A stretch of 64,000 nt of DNA from Paracoccaceae bacterium (GCA_033344815.1 JAWPMR010000001.1:46136-110135); one strand, 5' to 3'; counted from the first letter of the stretch, positions 19,348 through 30,007 are shown. Translations and numbers: made by a program. The notes: generated from the sequence alone by a model not told the origin.

Positions 19348-19977
19348 TTGTCTGATAATTCGCCCGCCGTTCAGGATCGGCGCACCACATACCATCACGG
19401 CGATTTGCGCGGGCACCTTCTGAGCGTGGTCCGTGATTTGGTGGAACTACATGGTCCTGAAGGGTTTTCTGTCGCAGAAGCCGCGCGTCGCGCAGGGGTC
19501 AGCACGGCGGCTCCGTATAAACACTTCAAAGATCGCAACGATCTGTTGAATGCGCTGGTGTCTGACGCGATGGACCGCTTAGCGCTCCAAATGGCGCAGG
19601 AACGGGATCGTCATCCAAAGGAGTCGATCGAGGCAGTGGCGGGAATCGGCAAAGCCTATATTGATTTTGCCAAAACGGAACCGGGCATCTTCCGTCTGAT
19701 GTTTGGGTTGACGGAAGGGCAGGAAGAAGACGATGGCCTGCAGGAAAAAGGCGAGGCCTGTTTTGAGATCGTGGTCAGGGCCTGCGCGGGGTATTTGGGG
19801 GCAGAAGCTGCCCCAGAAGCGGCCGCGCGGTCCGCCTACATCCTGTGGACCAGCGTGCATGGCCACGCCTTTTTGAGCATCGACAATAAGAACAAGACTG
19901 AGGCCAAGGCTCTGGAAGATTGGGATTTCCTGATGACGGTTGCGCGCGCGATCCTTGCAGAGACCGCGGCGTCCTGA
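19348..19977 (+). CDS. TetR/AcrR-family regulator
   Basis: YHHGDLR, FSVAEAARRAGVSTAAPYKHF helix-turn-helix. Confidence 0.93.
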   Translation: MSDNSPAVQDRRTTYHHGDLRGHLLSVVRDLVELHGPEGFSVAEAARRAGVSTAAPYKHFKDRNDLLNALVSDAMDRLALQMAQERDRHPKESIEAVAGIGKAYIDFAKTEPGIFRLMFGLTEGQEEDDGLQEKGEACFEIVVRACAGYLGAEAAPEAAARSAYILWTSVHGHAFLSIDNKNKTEAKALEDWDFLMTVARAILAETAAS

Positions 19978-19982
19978 TGGTT

Positions 19983-21005
19983 TTATCCAGCGGCGCGACG
20001 ACGGCGTGATGTGCGCCGGGCAGGGGCCTCATTGTCGCCCGTACCATCGGTTGCTGAAGAAAACGCGCCCAGACGGTCCACTATTTCTTCAAGGGCTGGC
20101 GGGTGATCCATGCTGCGCGTATCCAATGCCTCACGCATGTGGCGCAGGTGTTTGGGCATTGTGCCGCAGCATCCTCCGATGATCCTGGCACCACAGGCGC
20201 GTGCCATCACCGCATAATCCGCCATCAATTCGGGCGTACCGTCATAGTGAATGTGGCCGTCGACGTATTTTGGAATCCCGGCATTGCCTTTTGCAATGAT
20301 AGGACGCTCCGGCCCTTGGGCGGAAAATCCCAGAATGGTACGCAACAGATCGGACGCGCCCGTGCCGCAATTTGCCCCAAAGGCCAACGGAGCATGCACC
20401 TCCAGATCATCTACCATTTTCACCATGTCCGCACTGGTCAGGCCCATCATCGTGCGACCCGCCGTATCAAAGCTCATCGTGCCAACCCAGTCGAGCCCGG
20501 CAAGGGTGAACCCTTCGGCAGCGGCGCGGTATTCTTCGGGAGCAGAAATCGTTTCCAACCATCCGATGTCCGCGCCGCCTGATTTAAGGCCATCTGCGGC
20601 TTCATGAAACATTTCAACGGCCAGCGCGTGGCTCAACGTGCCAACAGGCTCCATGATATCGCCAGTTGGTCCAACGGACCCCGCAACGATGACTTTGCGA
20701 CCGGCGGTGTCTGCTACGTCGCGACCGATTTCGGCGGAAACGCGCGCGAGTTCATGGGTCCGCTTTTCTGCATTGTGGAGTTTGAGCCGGGACGCATTAG
20801 CACCAAAGGAGTTGGTCAGGAAAACATCGCTTCCAGCATCAACCGCACCCCGATAAAGCGTCTTGATCTTGCCGGGTTGTTCCGTGTTCCACATTTCTGG
20901 CGCGTCACCGGACATCAGCCCCATGTTGAACAGGTTGGTGCCCGTGGCGCCATCGGCCAGCAAAGTGCCTTTTTCCTGCAGTAGATTTATCATGGGATTG
21001 GTCAT
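19983..21005 (-). CDS. bmt: Homocysteine S-methyltransferase domain protein (bmt / split MetH methyltransferase)
   Basis: LADGATGT, TNSFG, GANCG and IIGGCCGT zinc-ligand motifs. Confidence 0.88.
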   Translation of the reverse strand: MTNPMINLLQEKGTLLADGATGTNLFNMGLMSGDAPEMWNTEQPGKIKTLYRGAVDAGSDVFLTNSFGANASRLKLHNAEKRTHELARVSAEIGRDVADTAGRKVIVAGSVGPTGDIMEPVGTLSHALAVEMFHEAADGLKSGGADIGWLETISAPEEYRAAAEGFTLAGLDWVGTMSFDTAGRTMMGLTSADMVKMVDDLEVHAPLAFGANCGTGASDLLRTILGFSAQGPERPIIAKGNAGIPKYVDGHIHYDGTPELMADYAVMARACGARIIGGCCGTMPKHLRHMREALDTRSMDHPPALEEIVDRLGAFSSATDGTGDNEAPARRTSRRRRAAG

Positions 21006-21051
21006 TTGGGGCCTCGCGAAACATCAGGCCCTGCTGTGGCACGCGCAGCGC

Positions 21052-21100
21052 CTCATAGCAAACTCATTTCATTCATTTTGGTTATGAGTTTGCTAATGAG
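21052..21100. promoter_or_regulatory. Long inverted repeat upstream of bmt
   Basis: TAGCAAACTCAT (21056-21067) and ATGAGTTTGCTA (21084-21095), flanked by CTCAT/ATGAG. Confidence 0.6.
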
Positions 21101-21161
21101 TGCATTGGTTGGCTGGGTCTTGATTGTCACCCGACGCCGAAGCGCCGGGACTGGCGCTGTT

Positions 21162-21476
21162 TTAGACCTCGTTCATGAGTTGCGCTTTGGCTTCGACCAT
21201 CATCTCCGCCATTTTGGCGCGAATGGTAGCCTCATCCGCTTTTGCGCCGAGATCTCCGGACACTTTGCGATAGACATCCTCGTCGCCCGCTTCTTCGAAA
21301 TCGGATTTAATAACTTCTTTGGCATATTCAGCGGCGTCATCTCCGGATTTTCCCAGTAATTCAGCAGCCCAGAGACCAAGCAGCTTGTTGCGCCGTGCTT
21401 CCGCTCGAAATTGCATGTCCGCATCATGGGCATACTTGTTCTCAAATGCATTTTCGCGGTCGTCGAATGTCGTCAT
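21162..21476 (-). CDS. DUF1476 protein, the alphaproteobacterial F1Fo-ATPase inhibitor zeta subunit
   Basis: [18 protein letters not shown]...[12 protein letters not shown] matches the Paracoccus zeta N-terminus. Confidence 0.9.
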   Translation of the reverse strand: MTTFDDRENAFENKYAHDADMQFRAEARRNKLLGLWAAELLGKSGDDAAEYAKEVIKSDFEEAGDEDVYRKVSGDLGAKADEATIRAKMAEMMVEAKAQLMNEV

Positions 21477-21632
21477 CGGCCTGTCTCCTCATCAACATAT
21501 AGGGCTGATAAACGATATGCGGGTTCAGATGGGTTTGCGCAAGAGCCGCTGGCTTGCAGCGGTCCAGACCTTGCACTAAGAGGGACCTGTATTCAGCCGC
21601 AAAACCTGTGGCATGTTCGCGAAAGGACGCCC

Positions 21633-22394
21633 ATGGCCCGGCGCAAGAAAATTTACGAAGGCAAAGCAAAAATCCTCTATGAAGGCCCCGAGCCCGGTAC
21701 AATCGTGCAGTATTTCAAGGATGATGCGACCGCGTTCAACGCCGAAAAGAAGGCCGTGATTGAGGGCAAGGGCGTGTTGAATAACCGCCTTTCAGAATTT
21801 TTCATGACCGGATTGGGCCAGATTGGTGTGCCCAATCATTTCATCAAACGTCTGAACATGCGCGAACAACTGGTGCGTCAGGTTGAGATCATTCCGCTGG
21901 AAATCATCGTTCGCAATTATGCTGCGGGCACGATGTCGACCCGGTTGGGCATAGAGGAAGGCACGCAATTGCCGCGCCCGATTGTAGAATATTGCTACAA
22001 AGATGACGCCCTGGGGGATCCATTGGTCACCGAAGAGCACATCGCCGCCTTTGGCTGGGCCAGCCAGCAGGACATGGAAGACATCCTGAGCCTTGCGCTG
22101 CGGGTCAATGATTTCCTGTCGGGCGTGATGATGGCCGTGGGCATTCGCCTCGTTGATTTCAAAATTGAAGTCGGTCGGATTTATGACGGGGATTTCCAGC
22201 GCCTTATCCTAGCGGATGAAATCAGCCCGGACAGTTGCCGGCTCTGGGACATCGAGACCGGCCAAAAGCTGGACAAGGATGTATTCCGCCGCGATCTGGG
22301 CGATCTCAAAGACGCCTATACTGAGGTGGCGCGGCGACTTGGAGTGATGCCCAAGAACGCGGCACCCGTTATCAAACCGACGCTGATCAACTGA
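21633..22394 (+). CDS. purC: SAICAR synthase
   Basis: [39 protein letters not shown]. Confidence 0.97.
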   Translation: MARRKKIYEGKAKILYEGPEPGTIVQYFKDDATAFNAEKKAVIEGKGVLNNRLSEFFMTGLGQIGVPNHFIKRLNMREQLVRQVEIIPLEIIVRNYAAGTMSTRLGIEEGTQLPRPIVEYCYKDDALGDPLVTEEHIAAFGWASQQDMEDILSLALRVNDFLSGVMMAVGIRLVDFKIEVGRIYDGDFQRLILADEISPDSCRLWDIETGQKLDKDVFRRDLGDLKDAYTEVARRLGVMPKNAAPVIKPTLIN

Positions 22395-22447
22395 TCGTAC
22401 CGTCATATTTGCCAATTGAACCGGATCACACGGGAGTTGAGATCACC

Positions 22448-22678
22448 ATGAAAGCGCGAGTGCATGTGATGTTGAAAAACGGTGTTTTGGACCCGCAGGG
22501 TGAGGCTGTGCGCCACGCGCTGGGTGCTTTGGGCTTTGAAGGCGTCAACGGCGTGCGTCAGGGCAAAGTCATCGAGTTGGACCTCGCGGAAGGTGCAAGT
22601 GAAGCCGATGTAACGGCCATGTGCGAAAAACTACTGGCCAATACAGTGATCGAATCCTATTCGGTGGAGATCACATAA
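22448..22678 (+). CDS. purS: FGAM synthase subunit PurS
   Basis: [19 protein letters not shown]. Confidence 0.96.
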   Translation: MKARVHVMLKNGVLDPQGEAVRHALGALGFEGVNGVRQGKVIELDLAEGASEADVTAMCEKLLANTVIESYSVEIT

Positions 22679-23346
22679 TGCACGCGGCGGTTGTTGTCTT
22701 TCCCGGATCCAACTGTGATCGTGACCTTGCGGTCGCTTTTGAGGCGGCAGGAGCCAAGGTCAGCCTCGTGTGGCACAAAGACAGCGCATTACCTGCTGGT
22801 GTGGATATCATCGGTATTCCCGGCGGGTTTTCCTTTGGGGACTATCTGAGGTGTGGGGCAATTGCCGCGAATTCGCCAATTTGCCGATCCGTGGCCGACC
22901 ATGCTAACCGCGGCGGTTACGTAATCGGGGTCTGCAACGGCTTTCAGGTGTTGACGGAAACCGGGTTGCTACCGGGCGCTCTGTTGCGCAATGCTGGCTT
23001 GAAGTATATCTGTCAAACTGTTGGTTTGAAAACGGAAACATCCGATTCAATATACACGCAAGGGTATAATGCAGGCGATGTGATCAACATTCCCATTGCG
23101 CATCATGATGGCAATTATTTTGCCGATGAAGAAACCATTGCACGGCTGCAAGGCGAGGACCGCGTTGCCTTCACCTATACCGACAATCCGAACGGAGCAC
23201 GGGCGGATATTGCGGGGATTCTGTCGGAAAACCGCCGTATCCTAGGTATGATGCCGCACCCGGAGCGGGCGGCGGATGTTGGCCATGGAGGCACCGATGG
23301 GCAAGCGCTCTTCCGCGCATTGGCGAATGCGCTCGTCACGGCGTGA
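22678..23346 (+). CDS. purQ: FGAM synthase glutaminase subunit
   Basis: [32 protein letters not shown]. Confidence 0.97.
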   Translation: MHAAVVVFPGSNCDRDLAVAFEAAGAKVSLVWHKDSALPAGVDIIGIPGGFSFGDYLRCGAIAANSPICRSVADHANRGGYVIGVCNGFQVLTETGLLPGALLRNAGLKYICQTVGLKTETSDSIYTQGYNAGDVINIPIAHHDGNYFADEETIARLQGEDRVAFTYTDNPNGARADIAGILSENRRILGMMPHPERAADVGHGGTDGQALFRALANALVTA

Positions 23347-23383
23347 CTTGAGCCGGGGTTGCGCTTTAGCGTAGTCTTTTCGC

Positions 23384-25144
23384 ATGGAAAGCACCGTGGA
23401 TCCAGACCACCAGACCCAGGCGGTCAATTGGCGCGCGCGCATCGCGCTCGGGATTGTGCTGGCTTTGGCTGTCGTGGTGGTTTCTGTAACCAACAAGCTT
23501 TTGACGGATCGCTTCACAGAAAGCACTCGAAACCGCGCTGAATTGCGACTGGCGCTTTACAGCGGGAACCTTCTATCGGAGCTGCGCCAGAACGCGATCG
23601 TGCCACAACTTCTGGCCCGTGACCCGGAATTGATCGGCGCTCTGAATTCGGCAGATTATACCGCATCCACACGTCGCTTGATCTCCTTTGTGGATGAAAT
23701 CGGCGCGGCATCTTTGATGTTGCTGGACATTGATGGCCGCACGGTGGCCGCCACGGATCGCAACCGCCTCGGGTCCCCAAATGGCACGGAAGCCTATTTT
23801 GTTGATGCCATTCGGTCCAATGCAACGGTTTTCACCGTGGCAGAAACAGAAGCGGGAGGCTATCGGTTCATGTATTCCCGGCGCGTCCAGTCAGGATCCG
23901 ACGTCTTGGGCGTGATCACGGTTGAGGTCGATCTGCAGAAATTCGGGCGCGCCTGGGCGGGCATCTCGGATGCCGTGATTGTGACGGATAGCACCGGCAA
24001 TATCATCCTGACGACGGAACCACGCTGGCGCGGGCGCACCGAAGAAGACGCACTGGCCCGCCAAACACCCAAGAACGCCATACAGCGGGCTATTCAGGCC
24101 ACCGCCGACTGGACCGCGTTGCCGCCCGATGCGTATTTGCAGGGCGAAGCGGTCATGCGGCTGGAGACACGAATTCCATTTCGCGGCTGGCGCATGGCAT
24201 CCTTTACAACCTACGCGTCTGTTCGCGAAAGGGTGAACGGCGTGCTTGCGCTGGAAATCATGGGATTCGCGATCCTGCTGGCACTGAGTTTCTACGCGCT
24301 CAGCCGCCGGAACGCCCTGCGCATGGCGCTGTTTCAGCGAGAATCAGCCGAACTGCGCGCCCTGAACGTGGCGTTGCAGCGGGAAATCGCTGAGCGGAAA
24401 CGGGTTCAGGAAACGCTTGCTGTAGCTGAACAAACACTTGAGCAATCCAGTAAACTGGCCGCTCTCGGTGAAATGTCCGCGGCCGTCAGCCATGAACTGA
24501 ACCAACCCTTGGCGGCGATGAAAACCTACCTCGCGGGCGCACGGCTGTTGCTGCGACGCAACCGGCAGGAAGAGGCGCTGTCCTCCTTTGGACGTATTGA
24601 TGATCTGATCGAACGCATGGGCGGCATTACGCGCCAGCTGAAATCCTATGCGCGCAAGGGCCAGGAAGCGTTTTCGCCAGTAGACATGGGCAATGCGCTG
24701 GCTTCAGCGCTGTCCATGATGGAGCCGCAACTGCGCCAGCGACATGTGCAGATCTCTCGTATTATCCCGGATGCACCCGTTGAGGTGATGGGGGATCGCT
24801 TGCGCATTGAGCAGGTGATGGTGAACCTCTTGCGCAACGCTTTGGATGCCACCAAGTCAGAGCGGAACCCGACGGTCGAAATCATACTGTCGGCCGGCGA
24901 AACAGCGACGCTGACGGTGCGAGACAACGGCCCCGGCATTGAGGACCTCGATCAGTTGTTTGAACCTTTCTACACCACGAAGCAGCCCGGCGATGGCGTC
25001 GGTCTGGGCCTTGCCATCTCCTCCGGGATCGTTAACGACCTCGGCGGAAGGCTCACTGCCCGCAATGGGCAGGCTGGCGGGGCAGTATTTGAAATGCAAT
25101 TGCCGATTTTAGACGGCAAGCAAAACACACAAGCGGCGGAGTAA
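23384..25144 (+). CDS. dctB: DctB-like sensor histidine kinase
   Basis: Two TMs with a Cache-like periplasmic region; HELNQPL, NLLRNALDA, DNGPG, GVGLGL. Confidence 0.85.
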   Translation: MESTVDPDHQTQAVNWRARIALGIVLALAVVVVSVTNKLLTDRFTESTRNRAELRLALYSGNLLSELRQNAIVPQLLARDPELIGALNSADYTASTRRLISFVDEIGAASLMLLDIDGRTVAATDRNRLGSPNGTEAYFVDAIRSNATVFTVAETEAGGYRFMYSRRVQSGSDVLGVITVEVDLQKFGRAWAGISDAVIVTDSTGNIILTTEPRWRGRTEEDALARQTPKNAIQRAIQATADWTALPPDAYLQGEAVMRLETRIPFRGWRMASFTTYASVRERVNGVLALEIMGFAILLALSFYALSRRNALRMALFQRESAELRALNVALQREIAERKRVQETLAVAEQTLEQSSKLAALGEMSAAVSHELNQPLAAMKTYLAGARLLLRRNRQEEALSSFGRIDDLIERMGGITRQLKSYARKGQEAFSPVDMGNALASALSMMEPQLRQRHVQISRIIPDAPVEVMGDRLRIEQVMVNLLRNALDATKSERNPTVEIILSAGETATLTVRDNGPGIEDLDQLFEPFYTTKQPGDGVGLGLAISSGIVNDLGGRLTARNGQAGGAVFEMQLPILDGKQNTQAAE

Positions 25145-25147
25145 TCC

Positions 25148-26482
25148 ATGACACAAGCAATGAAAATCGCGATCGTTGACGACGAACAGGATATGCGGCA
25201 ATCGATCAGCCAATGGCTGGCCCTGTCAGGCTATGACACCGAAACTTTTGGCAGTGCGGAGGATGCGCTCAAAGTACTGGGCCCGGAATACCCCGGTATC
25301 GTGATTTCTGACATCAAAATGCCCGGTATGGACGGGATGCAATTTCTCAAAAAATTGATGGGAAATGACAGCGCCTTGCCGGTCATCATGATCACTGGCC
25401 ATGGCGATGTGCCCATGGCTGTGGAGGCCATGCGGGTTGGCGCGTTTGATTTCCTTGAAAAGCCCTTCAACCCGGACCGTATGAATGAATTGGCGAAAAA
25501 AGCCACTGGTGCGCGGCGTCTGGTGATGGACAACCGCGCGCTGCGCCGCGAGTTGAGCGACGGTGGTCAGTTGATGAAGAAACTCATCGGTCAAAGCCCG
25601 GTGATGGAACGCCTGCGTGAAGACATCCTTGATCTGGGGCAGGCGGATGGCCACGTGTTGATCGACGGTGAAACCGGAACGGGCAAGACACTGGTGGCAC
25701 ATGCGCTGCATGCTGTCGGATCGCGTGCCGGCAAGAAATTCGTTCTGATCAGCTGTGGCGCATATGAGGAAGAGGAGCTGAGCAAGCGCTTGTTTGGTCC
25801 GATGCAGCCCGAAGATGCGCAGTTGCCTGCCATAGAGGAGGCGCGCGGCGGCACTTTGGTGCTGGAAGACATCGAAGCGCTTAGCGAAACCTTGCAGGCA
25901 CGGCTGCTGAGCGTGATCAACGAGCAAGGCTCTCCTGCTGAAACGCGCATCGTGGCGATCTCGAACCTTCAGGAAGCGGGTCGCACATCCGAAGACGCTT
26001 TGCGCGCTGACCTGTTCTATCGCCTGGCGGCTCTACGGATCACGGTTCCTCCGTTGCGGCAACGCGGCGAAGACATCCTGACGCTCTTTACCCGTCTCAG
26101 TGAGCAGTTCTCGGATGAATACGGGTGTGATGCACCACAGGTCTCTGCACAGGAGGCGGCGCAGCTATTGCAAGCGCCATGGCCCGGCAACGTGCGACAA
26201 TTGATCAATGTGGCTGAACGTGCGGTGCTGCAATCGCGCCGGGGATCGGGCACAATTGCGTCGCTCTTGATGAACGATCACGAGGATATGCAGCCCGTCA
26301 TGACCACTGAAGGCAAACCGCTGAAAGAATATGTCGAAGCTTTTGAGCGAATGTTGATCGACAACACAATGCGCCGTCACCGGGGGTCAATCGCATCTGT
26401 GATGGATGAATTATGCCTGCCACGCCGCACGTTAAACGAGAAAATGGCAAAATACGGTTTGCAGCGGTCGGATTATCTCTGA
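25148..26482 (+). CDS. dctD: DctD-like response regulator (REC-AAA+-HTH), GAFTGA loop absent
   Basis: DIKMPGMDG, GETGTGKT, DLFYRL, WPGNVRQL and C-terminal HTH. Confidence 0.85.
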   Translation: MTQAMKIAIVDDEQDMRQSISQWLALSGYDTETFGSAEDALKVLGPEYPGIVISDIKMPGMDGMQFLKKLMGNDSALPVIMITGHGDVPMAVEAMRVGAFDFLEKPFNPDRMNELAKKATGARRLVMDNRALRRELSDGGQLMKKLIGQSPVMERLREDILDLGQADGHVLIDGETGTGKTLVAHALHAVGSRAGKKFVLISCGAYEEEELSKRLFGPMQPEDAQLPAIEEARGGTLVLEDIEALSETLQARLLSVINEQGSPAETRIVAISNLQEAGRTSEDALRADLFYRLAALRITVPPLRQRGEDILTLFTRLSEQFSDEYGCDAPQVSAQEAAQLLQAPWPGNVRQLINVAERAVLQSRRGSGTIASLLMNDHEDMQPVMTTEGKPLKEYVEAFERMLIDNTMRRHRGSIASVMDELCLPRRTLNEKMAKYGLQRSDYL

Positions 26483-26960
26483 TCGCGTTGATCCGGGCGC
26501 TTTTGTTGAAAAATCTCGTGAAACCGGGGGTATAGGCGCGAATTATGTCTCGAATGTCACATTGCCCATTGTGTTTCTGGACGCTCTCGCATTAATTAGA
26601 AGGAAGGAGGCGCGTCACAGGATGATGCACCCCCTCCTGACGAAATTCGCTGTCTTGGGCGCGGTGTGGGACGTATCACGCCACCAGGGCAGGCCGATTG
26701 GGCCGGAAACGGCCAACGAACCGCTGATGTGACACAAGGCGACGCGCCCCAAAACACTCAGTATATAATGGATACGAGGCCGCAATCGCGTGCCCGTGTC
26801 GGAGAAGAAACGCGATGACGCGCGCCGATGCAGTGAGCAGATACCCCATGGCCCCTCCGGGCCGGGCCAGCCGTGCGTCTCAGATCGCCCTGACAAGACA
26901 TATTCCGCATCTGACTGATCCTCCGGGGTCATCGGAATCGCGGCTGTGCACATTGGAAAT

Positions 26961-29720
26961 ATGGCTAAGAAAATGCTTATCGATGCCACCCACGCGGAGG
27001 AAACCCGCGTCGTGGTGGTGGACGGAAACAAGGTCGAGGAGTTCGATTTTGAGTCCGAAAACAAACGCCAGCTTGCTGGCAACATCTATCTTGCAAAAGT
27101 AACGCGGGTCGAGCCGTCATTACAGGCGGCTTTTGTGGACTATGGTGGTAACCGCCATGGATTCCTGGCTTTTTCGGAAATCCACCCGGATTATTACCAG
27201 ATCCCGGTCGCGGACCGTCAGGCGCTGATGGAAGAAGAGCGCGCCTATGCGGAAGCGCAGAAGGCCAAAGAAGACGAAGACGAAAAACCAAAGCGCCGCT
27301 CGCGTAGCCGCAACCGGTCCAAGGCGAAGGCTGCGGAGACCACTAGCGAAGATGCTGTGGTCTCTCGTGATGTGGACACCGATCAGATTGACGGCATGGA
27401 GACCATCGATCTGGACACCGAAGAGGGATCATCCCCGATGGAGCGGGTGGCGGAAACGCCCGTCGAAGAGCCTTTGGATGTGCCGGAGGAAGAGGACGCA
27501 GTCTCTACCGAAGAAACCGGTGATGAAGCCGCGCCGGAAGAGGCAGAAACCCCTATGGCAAGCGAGCCGGAGGAAACGCCCGAAGCGGTCGCCTCAGAGG
27601 CCGATGGCGAGGAAGAGGACGATGAGGACGCCCCGGCGCGTAAGTCGGATGCGTCTGCCAAGGATGACAGCATCGAATCGGTGGCGGATGATGATGATCA
27701 CGAGGACATTCGCCCGGTGCGTAAACCACGCCCGCGTCGCTACAAGATTCAGGAAGTCATCAAGGTCCGTCAGATCCTGCTGGTGCAGGTGGTTAAGGAA
27801 GAACGCGGCAACAAGGGCGCGGCACTGACGACATATCTCTCGCTGGCCGGCCGCTATTGCGTGTTGATGCCGAATACGGCGCGCGGCGGCGGGATCTCCC
27901 GCAAGATCACCAATGCGGTGGATCGCAAGAAGCTCAAGGAAATCGCTACTGAGATCGAAGTGCCACAGGGGGCCGGTCTCATTGTGCGCACCGCAGGGGC
28001 CAAACGCACCAAAGCCGAGATCAAGCGCGACTATGAATACCTGCAGCGGTTGTGGGAACAGATCCGCGATCTGACGTTGAAGTCAGTGGCGCCCGCAAAG
28101 ATCTATGAAGAAGGTGATCTGATCAAACGGTCGATCCGCGATCTGTACAACCGTGACATCGACGAAGTGTTTGTCGAAGGCGCACGGGGCTATCGCATCG
28201 CCAAGGACTTCATGAAAATGATCATGCCGTCCCACGCCAAGAATGTGAAACTCTACACCGAAAGCCTACCGCTTTTTGCGCGTTATCAGGTTGAAAGCTA
28301 TTTGGCTGGGATGTTCAATCCCACGGTGCAACTGCCCTCAGGCGGCTATATTGTGATCGGCGTGACAGAAGCGCTTGTGGCGATTGATGTGAACTCCGGT
28401 CGGGCGACCAAGGAAGGGTCAATCGAACAAACCGCGACCAAGACCAATCTGGAGGCCGCAGATGAAGTGGCACGGCAGTTGCGGTTGCGTGACCTTGCCG
28501 GTCTGATCGTGATCGACTTCATCGATATGGATGAGCGCAAGAATAACGCCGCCGTTGAAAAGCGGATGAAGGAAAAGCTTAAAACCGATCGCGCGCGCAT
28601 TCAGGTGGGACGTATTTCGGGTTTTGGACTGATGGAAATGTCACGCCAACGCTTGCGCCCGGGCATGATCGAGGCCACCACGCAGCCTTGCCAAGCCTGC
28701 CATGGGACCGGTTTGATCCGCTCGGATGACAATCTGGCCCTGTCGATCCTGCGTCAGATCGAAGAGGAAGGCACGCGTAAACGCTCCCGCGAAGTCCTGG
28801 TGCGTGCGCCCGTCGGGATTGCCAATTTCCTGATGAACCAGAAGCGCGAACACATCGCTCATATCGAGGCGCGTTATGGTCTCTCCGTACGGATCGAGGG
28901 GGACCCTGCGCTTGTAAGCCCAGACTTCAGCCTTGAGAAATTCAAGACGGCTACACGCGTTGTGCCAGTGGCTTCTGCTCATGTGGTCTCTGTGGATACT
29001 TCATTGATGGATCAAGTTGATGCGGATGATGACGACACTGCGGTTGTCGCGGATGAGGCGCCGGCCGCCCCGGCTCAAGAGGCAGAGCAATCGCGACACT
29101 CTGGCGAGCATGGTGAAAGCGACGCAAAACCCAAACGCCGCCGTCGCCGCCGTCGTCGCAGCCGCAACAAATCCAATGGGGTGGAGGCGGAAAGTGCCAA
29201 CGAAAATGCGGAGAGCCCTGTTCAACAGGATGACACATCAGTGCCCGTTGCGAATGGAGCAGCGGAGGCTGCTGAGCAGACACCGGTTGCGGAAACGCCT
29301 GTAGAGGCTGCTCCCGAAAGTGAAGCGGAAAAGCCAAAACCCCGGCGGCGGTCCCGTTCAAGCAAGGCGAAAGCCGAGGCTCTGAGTGAAGCGTCGAAGG
29401 AAGAAGTGACCAGTGATGCACCTGCGCCTTCTGACCCCGAGGTTGCTGTCGAAGAAGAGCCAAAGCCCAAAGCCAAGCCAAAACGTGCAAGCCGCGCGAA
29501 GAAGCCCAAAGTTGAAGAAACGGTTGATGCAACAAAAGAACCGACGGCCGCAAGTGAGTCAGAAGTGACGACTGAGGTCGCCGTGGCGCAAGCCCCTGTT
29601 GAACCCAAATCCGAGCCCGCGGCAGCAGAGTCAGAGCCAGTGGCGGTTGCAGCGGAACCTGTTGCAGAGGCAAAACCGGCCAAGCCAAAACGCAAGGGTT
29701 GGTGGTCGCTGGGCGGCTGA
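26961..29720 (+). CDS. rne: Ribonuclease E
   Basis: MAKKMLIDATH, GNIYLAKV, IDVNSG, IDFIDM; acidic S1 insertion, Arg-rich disordered C-terminus, GWW end. Confidence 0.97.
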   Translation: MAKKMLIDATHAEETRVVVVDGNKVEEFDFESENKRQLAGNIYLAKVTRVEPSLQAAFVDYGGNRHGFLAFSEIHPDYYQIPVADRQALMEEERAYAEAQKAKEDEDEKPKRRSRSRNRSKAKAAETTSEDAVVSRDVDTDQIDGMETIDLDTEEGSSPMERVAETPVEEPLDVPEEEDAVSTEETGDEAAPEEAETPMASEPEETPEAVASEADGEEEDDEDAPARKSDASAKDDSIESVADDDDHEDIRPVRKPRPRRYKIQEVIKVRQILLVQVVKEERGNKGAALTTYLSLAGRYCVLMPNTARGGGISRKITNAVDRKKLKEIATEIEVPQGAGLIVRTAGAKRTKAEIKRDYEYLQRLWEQIRDLTLKSVAPAKIYEEGDLIKRSIRDLYNRDIDEVFVEGARGYRIAKDFMKMIMPSHAKNVKLYTESLPLFARYQVESYLAGMFNPTVQLPSGGYIVIGVTEALVAIDVNSGRATKEGSIEQTATKTNLEAADEVARQLRLRDLAGLIVIDFIDMDERKNNAAVEKRMKEKLKTDRARIQVGRISGFGLMEMSRQRLRPGMIEATTQPCQACHGTGLIRSDDNLALSILRQIEEEGTRKRSREVLVRAPVGIANFLMNQKREHIAHIEARYGLSVRIEGDPALVSPDFSLEKFKTATRVVPVASAHVVSVDTSLMDQVDADDDDTAVVADEAPAAPAQEAEQSRHSGEHGESDAKPKRRRRRRRRSRNKSNGVEAESANENAESPVQQDDTSVPVANGAAEAAEQTPVAETPVEAAPESEAEKPKPRRRSRSSKAKAEALSEASKEEVTSDAPAPSDPEVAVEEEPKPKAKPKRASRAKKPKVEETVDATKEPTAASESEVTTEVAVAQAPVEPKSEPAAAESEPVAVAAEPVAEAKPAKPKRKGWWSLGG

Positions 29721-29743
29721 GTGCTGATCAACGCAAAAAGAAC

Positions 29744-29773
29744 AAAAGGCGTGCCGTCTGGGCGCGCCTTTTT
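29744..29773. terminator. Bidirectional intrinsic terminator
   Basis: AAAAGGCGTGCC-GTCT-GGGCGCGCCTTTTT between convergent rne and the tusA-like gene. Confidence 0.8.
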
Positions 29774-30007
29774 CTATGCACCCTTTTGAATAACGTAGAC
29801 TTGCGTTGGTCCGTTTTGGCCGGTTTCAACCAGCGTATGACCCGCCTCAGCGCAGAAGTGCGGTACATCCACAATGGCCGCCGGATCATCGGCATGCATT
29901 GTCAGGACATCCCCCATGGACAGTGCTTGCAGACGTTTGCGCGCCTTGAGCACGGGCAGGGGGCACAGCAACCCGGTTGCATCCAAAATATTTTCGCTAT
30001 CAGTCAT
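29774..30007 (-). CDS. TusA/SirA-family sulfurtransferase
   Basis: LDATGLLCPLP and DDPAA motifs. Confidence 0.92.
   Translation of the reverse strand: MTDSENILDATGLLCPLPVLKARKRLQALSMGDVLTMHADDPAAIVDVPHFCAEAGHTLVETGQNGPTQVYVIQKGA

Noticed and set aside
27240-29700. Acidic and Lys/Pro-rich repeats in rne as a novel repeat locus
   Set aside because: Ordinary low-complexity disordered regions of alphaproteobacterial RNase E.
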